DNA from: Acaryochloris marina S15
GTDB taxonomy: Bacteria > Cyanobacteriota > Cyanobacteriia > Thermosynechococcales > Thermosynechococcaceae
Length of the DNA: 32,000 bases
Reading direction: 5' to 3'
Assembly: GCF_018336915.1 (NCBI RefSeq)
Contig: NZ_CP064923.1
Coordinates: 2,700,001 to 2,732,000, forward strand
The notes under the pieces were generated by a model that made no database searches, was not told the DNA's origin, and was given only the letters and a program-made list of their open reading frames with translations. The position numbers were made by a program, and so were the translations under genes. Positions 28,163-32,000 of this stretch are shown here, one piece after another. Within the stretch, counting starts at the first letter, position 1, and each line of letters begins with the position of its first letter.

Positions 28163-29977
28163 CTAGGTCATACTCTCAGGGTGTAGGGCAGACAGGGCAA
28201 CACGAAAGCCAATATAGAAGTTGCTGCAGTCCTGGGAAACATAGTAACGAGCCGCCGAACGACAATACCGAGGGGAGTAAATCCAAGCGCCGCCTCGCAA
28301 AATCCGATAGGAGCTATCCTCTTCCTCCCAAGCACTGCCATTCTTAGGGGCATTGTGATAGCTGCTATGCCAGGTGTCTTGACACCATTCCCACAGGTTG
28401 CCCGCCATGTCATATAGCCCAAACGCATTGGCGGGGAAACTGCCCACTTCCGTTGTCTGTTTTCGATATTGTCCCTGGGGACCAGAGTCATGGGCTTGAT
28501 TGCGATCATAATTGGCGAGATCAGATGTAATGCTGGCTCCAAAGTGGAAAGGAGTGGTCGTCCCAGCGCGGCAAGCATATTCCCATTCAGCTTCACTGGG
28601 TAATCGATAGGGCCGCTGGGTTCGATCCGAGAGACGCTGACAAAATTCCATCACGTCTATCCAGGACACTTGTTCAACTGGACGTTTAGCCCCCTTGAAT
28701 GAGGATGGATTATTGCCCATAATCTGTTGCCATTGGGATTGGGTGATCAATACTCTACCCAGATAAAACGGGGCAATAGAGACGACATGCTGAGGCCCTT
28801 CATCCCCAAATCGCTGGGGATCATGGTCTGCCGATCCCATCCAGAACTGCCCTTCTGGAATGGCGACCATTTCTAGGGTGTCATTACCTAGGTCTTCTAA
28901 GAAACGCTGTCCTAGGTAATGGGAGCGATTGATGATTTGCCCCTGGGTATCCACTTCAAGCCCCTCAAAACTAAATGGTTCTAGGGTGGAATAAGGGAGA
29001 GACAGCTGACTTTGCCCATGGCGAGGGGAGATGGTGTTGGAAATTGCTGTGGGCCAGCTGGTTGAGACAGAGGTGAGAGAATCGTTGCTGCCCTGGGCTG
29101 GGGCTAAGGCGGCCAAAACCTCATCGGCCGAGACAAAGCGATCGCATATCTTGATCCGCAGTAATTTACCAATAATGGCTGCTAAATCTTGGCTAACGGG
29201 TTGGGGTAGATGGCTTTGCCATTCATTCACCCAGGCATACCCTTGGAGATGTTTGAGATGATTCGGATAAATGCCTGTGAGTAGATTAAAACAACAAACT
29301 CCTAAGCTAAATAGGTCACTAGCGGGGCAAACTTTGCCATCTATAAATTGCTCCAGCGGGGCAAACCCTTCGGTGCCTAGGATAGTTCCTGATTGCATAA
29401 GTTTTGAAAAACTATCTTGTTTGGCAATGCCAAAGTCAATGAGGACTAAATGTTGATCAGCATACCGTCGCATGATGTTGACGGGTTTGAGATCCCGATG
29501 GATGATATTTTGCTTATGAATATCCTGCAGAATAGGGAGTAGATCTAGCAGTAGACGACGGATTTTATTCTCATTAAACATACCGTCTTGATCTAGCTCC
29601 TCTTGCAAATTTTGACCATCCACAAATTCTTGAACTAAATAGGGATGTTGATGATCTTCAAAATAAGCGAGAAGACTCGGAACTTGTGGGTTCTGTTTCA
29701 GTTTCTGAAGTTGTCGCGCTTCCCGCAAAAAGAGCTGTAGTTTCTTTTCTATATATTGATCTTGAGTCGGACAAATCAGCTGCTTGACCACACAAAGCTC
29801 ATTGAAGTTATCAATATCTTCGGCTAAATATGTTTTGCCAAATCCCCCCTGACCTAAAGGTTTGAGGATCTTGTATCGATGTCGTAGTAAATCAAGAGAT
29901 CTGCCACAACATTGGCACTGTTGATCGAGATCGGGATTAACAGGTTTCTGGCAATCTGGATTCAGACAATAGACCAT
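28163..29977 (-). CDS. Ser/Thr protein kinase with an N-terminal 4-Cys zinc-ribbon prefix and a C-terminal FGE-sulfatase (SUMF1/EgtB/PvdO-like) domain
   Basis: 604 aa. The prefix is MVYCLNPDCQKPVNPDLDQQCQCCG. Kinase motifs are GQGGFGKTYLA, VVKQL, HRDLKPVNIM, DFGIAK and GTEGFAPLEQ. The C-terminal half carries FWMGS, RPVEQVSWIDVMEFCQRLS, YRLPSEAEWEYACRAGT, GNLWEWCQD and RILRGGAW..YCRSAAR. Confidence 0.92.
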   Translation of the reverse strand: MVYCLNPDCQKPVNPDLDQQCQCCGRSLDLLRHRYKILKPLGQGGFGKTYLAEDIDNFNELCVVKQLICPTQDQYIEKKLQLFLREARQLQKLKQNPQVPSLLAYFEDHQHPYLVQEFVDGQNLQEELDQDGMFNENKIRRLLLDLLPILQDIHKQNIIHRDLKPVNIMRRYADQHLVLIDFGIAKQDSFSKLMQSGTILGTEGFAPLEQFIDGKVCPASDLFSLGVCCFNLLTGIYPNHLKHLQGYAWVNEWQSHLPQPVSQDLAAIIGKLLRIKICDRFVSADEVLAALAPAQGSNDSLTSVSTSWPTAISNTISPRHGQSQLSLPYSTLEPFSFEGLEVDTQGQIINRSHYLGQRFLEDLGNDTLEMVAIPEGQFWMGSADHDPQRFGDEGPQHVVSIAPFYLGRVLITQSQWQQIMGNNPSSFKGAKRPVEQVSWIDVMEFCQRLSDRTQRPYRLPSEAEWEYACRAGTTTPFHFGASITSDLANYDRNQAHDSGPQGQYRKQTTEVGSFPANAFGLYDMAGNLWEWCQDTWHSSYHNAPKNGSAWEEEDSSYRILRGGAWIYSPRYCRSAARYYVSQDCSNFYIGFRVALSALHPESMT

Positions 29978-30298
29978 CTAATCTGGGCCATCGAAACTTC
30001 CCACAACTATCAGAATACCGAGGGTTGATGCTCCACATATGTTCGTAAAATTACAATCCGAATCATGAATTGTGAGGATTTGATTATTGACTACCTACAT
30101 TGATGCTCACTCTTGGATTTTGGTATGTGCCAATGTTGAGAGTTTTAAGCTGATTTGGACCTTTTGAACGAGGTTTCTCAAATGAGCAAGGGTCAGTTTA
30201 GTAAATACGGTTATTGGCTTTAGCTTCTGTAGATTAACTGGTCAAAAAGACTGCATCCAAAATAGTTGATTGCAAAGGGCCAACAGATTCCAGAAATT

Positions 30299-30332
30299 GG
30301 TCAGTGGGCAATAATACAATTGCCCACTGACC
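30299..30332 (-). terminator. Strong hairpin directly after the SDR stop (probable terminator)
   Basis: Perfect 14-bp inverted repeat GGTCAGTGGGCAAT (30299-30312) / ATTGCCCACTGACC (30319-30332) with a 6-nt loop. It lies 8 nt downstream of the stop at 30340 on the minus strand. The trailing sequence AATTTCTGG gives only a short U tract. Confidence 0.5.
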
Positions 30333-30339
30333 CGCAAAA

Positions 30340-31146
30340 TTAGTAACCGCGACTCCAGATAGATTTCTTGGGTTGTTCAGACCGGGGAGCAGTGAGTTGG
30401 AGCCACCACTCTAAGAGCCTGGGAGCAAAGCGATTGCCCAAAACGGCTAAGTGACTTTGCCAGCCCACCAGAATTTCTGGGGATTCCTTGGCCAGACTGT
30501 TGACTAAGACCTTAGCCACTTTCTCGGGGGTCATTGCTGCTACCCAGCGAAACCGTTGGGTATTGCGAGTCATATCTGTTTCTGTGAGAGAAGGCAACAG
30601 GGCCGTGACTTTAATATTATGGGCAGCTAGCTCAGTGCGCAGAGCCTGGGTAAAACCCAAAATCGCAAACTTGGTAGCGGAGTAAGTGGCCATGGTTGGG
30701 GCACCTATTTTGCCCATAAGACTAGAAACATTGACGATGCGTCCTTCCTTCTTACTGGCCATGCGTCGCGCCAGGACCTGAGTCATAGTGTAAATTCCCA
30801 TTAAGTTGAGAGAAAGCTCTTCCTGCACTTTGGGGAGCTTGGTTTGCAGGAAAGGGGCCTGATGAGCCACCCCAGCACAATTCACCAGTAAGTGAATGGG
30901 ACCATGCTGCTTCCAGGTCTGGGCGATGGCAATATTCACCTCCACCGTCTGAGTCAGATCCAGGGGAAGAACAACTGCTTGGGTGCCCAGTGCTTCTATT
31001 TCTATGGCGACTTGCTGTAGGCGGGCTTGATTACGGGCCACAAGGATGACTTTTTCTATTCCTTGCTGGGCTAACTCTTGTGCGATCGCACGGCCAATCC
31101 CTCGGGATGCACCTGTAATGAGTGCGGTTTTTCCTTGTATTTTCAT
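30340..31146 (-). CDS. Short-chain dehydrogenase/reductase (SDR) family oxidoreductase
   Basis: MKIQGKTALITGASRGIGRAIA carries the TGxxxGxG motif. NCAG, a catalytic Ser (VNVSS) and YSATK (YxxxK) are also present. GGGAGG lies 6 nt upstream of the ATG at 31146, so I prefer that start over the track start at 31197. Confidence 0.9.
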   Translation of the reverse strand: MKIQGKTALITGASRGIGRAIAQELAQQGIEKVILVARNQARLQQVAIEIEALGTQAVVLPLDLTQTVEVNIAIAQTWKQHGPIHLLVNCAGVAHQAPFLQTKLPKVQEELSLNLMGIYTMTQVLARRMASKKEGRIVNVSSLMGKIGAPTMATYSATKFAILGFTQALRTELAAHNIKVTALLPSLTETDMTRNTQRFRWVAAMTPEKVAKVLVNSLAKESPEILVGWQSHLAVLGNRFAPRLLEWWLQLTAPRSEQPKKSIWSRGY

Positions 31147-31699
31147 GGGATACCTCCCGACACAATGGTCAGACAATGGGCAGATTTGTCCCTTCACTGA
31201 AGCAATATCCTTAAGCGCTCGACAGGATAGGTCAATGAGTGGATTGAGGCGAAAATAGCTTGTTAATCAATCTGTGAAAACGAAGTAGTAAAAAATTAAA
31301 ATCTTTTCTGAGAAAAATAGTTACACAATTGTAAAAAAAATCGTCATTCTCACTTGAAGTATTGCAATCAACGCTTCAAGCTTAAGATCAGTGCAAATGT
31401 ATTAATTATGTGCTGAAGATTACATTTTGTAAGCCTTTCATTCTGCTCAACATATTCAAGAAGAAATTAAATTCTTTATAAGCATAAGCTAGCAACTAAA
31501 TCAATCAACTGCAATAAATTTTATAATATTCTTATTGCATTAACATAAGTACATATAATTCTCAGATTGAGTACCACTGGAGAGCATTCCTAGCAGAAGG
31601 ACCTGCAATCACTCAGGGACAGATTAAGTGAAATATTGCCTCTCGTTGAATCTGAGAATAGCGGAGATTTATCATCCATTTCTGAGGAGGCCATCCAGG

Positions 31700-32000
31700 C
31701 TACAATCCCGCGAGGAACTGTAATCCAGAGAACAAAAGTGCTCCTAATCCCATACAAATGGGCAAAGTAAGACCCCAAGCTCCCGCAATTTGCCCCAGGG
31801 TGGCCCATTGAATCGCCTGTCCCCGTTGCGATAAGCCAATGCCAATTACTCCACCCACTAAGGCATGGGTGGTAGAGACAGGCAGTCCCCAGCGAGAAGC
31901 GAGAAGAATGGTCGTGGCTGCTGCCAATTCAGCACAAAAACCACTGCTGGGCTGGAGGGGAATAATGTCTTCGCCAACGGTGGTCATCACTTTTTGCCCT
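31700..32000 (-). CDS. Inorganic phosphate transporter, PiT/PHO4 family (3' end only; the gene continues past the right edge)
   Basis: The hydrophobic C-terminal segment contains GLPVSTTHALVGGVIGIGL, the PiT-family signature. The stop is TAG at 31700-31702. The frame is open to the window edge, so the track's internal ATG at 31990 is probably not the start. Confidence 0.75.
   Translation of the reverse strand, partial: GQKVMTTVGEDIIPLQPSSGFCAELAAATTILLASRWGLPVSTTHALVGGVIGIGLSQRGQAIQWATLGQIAGAWGLTLPICMGLGALLFSGLQFLAGL

Noticed and set aside
31575-31625. Glycine-riboswitch-like words (CTGGAGAG, CAGAAGGACCTGCAA, CTCAGG, GACAG) on the plus strand inside the 31558-31659 element.
   Set aside because: The spacing is far too short to hold the P2 and P3a/b hairpins of a glycine aptamer. 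No plus-strand gene lies downstream, because the PiT gene is on the other strand. gcvP is 11 kb away. I treat this as a chance resemblance, though a covariance-model scan would settle it.
31590-31808. A 72-aa minus-strand ORF spanning the PiT gene's end and the structured element.
   Set aside because: It starts inside the PiT coding region in another frame, has no motif, and its downstream half coincides with the stem-loop region. It is more likely non-coding.

Overview
This looks like a chromosomal segment of a cyanobacterium. The HIP1 octamer GCGATCGC occurs 12 times in 32 kb, and core genes are present (ferredoxin-type glutamate synthase, glycine-cleavage P-protein). All calls below were made by eye from motifs in the supplied translations and from the DNA; no searches were run.

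Contents, left to right:
- a truncated response regulator (-)
- two tandem paralogous hybrid histidine kinases (+); the second is fused to a complete Amt ammonium-channel domain plus GAF-PAS-GAF
- a hairpin terminator, then a cobalamin riboswitch driving hupE-cobW (+)
- a three-gene minor-pilin/pseudopilin operon (-), with a HAMP-GGDEF diguanylate cyclase upstream on the same strand
- an aspartoacylase-family gene, an alpha/beta hydrolase, tRNA-Arg(CCU) and gcvP
- a 1.3-kb AT-rich, poorly coding gap containing a heptanucleotide tandem repeat
- a signal-less PhoD-like phosphatase and Fd-GOGAT
- a Cys4-Ser/Thr kinase fused to an FGE-sulfatase-like domain
- an SDR, and the 3' end of a PiT phosphate transporter

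I found no transposase, integrase, CRISPR array or recognisable defence genes, so I cannot support a mobile island or a discrete new system. The most unusual items are:
- the Amt-fused multi-sensor kinase and its HPt-bearing paralogous neighbour, which may form an ammonium-sensing phosphorelay
- the pilin operon, with a perfect in-frame 48-bp tandem duplication and an Fn3-like tail
- a kinase-FGE fusion that appears to lack one catalytic cysteine
- a ~100-nt structured element next to the PiT gene
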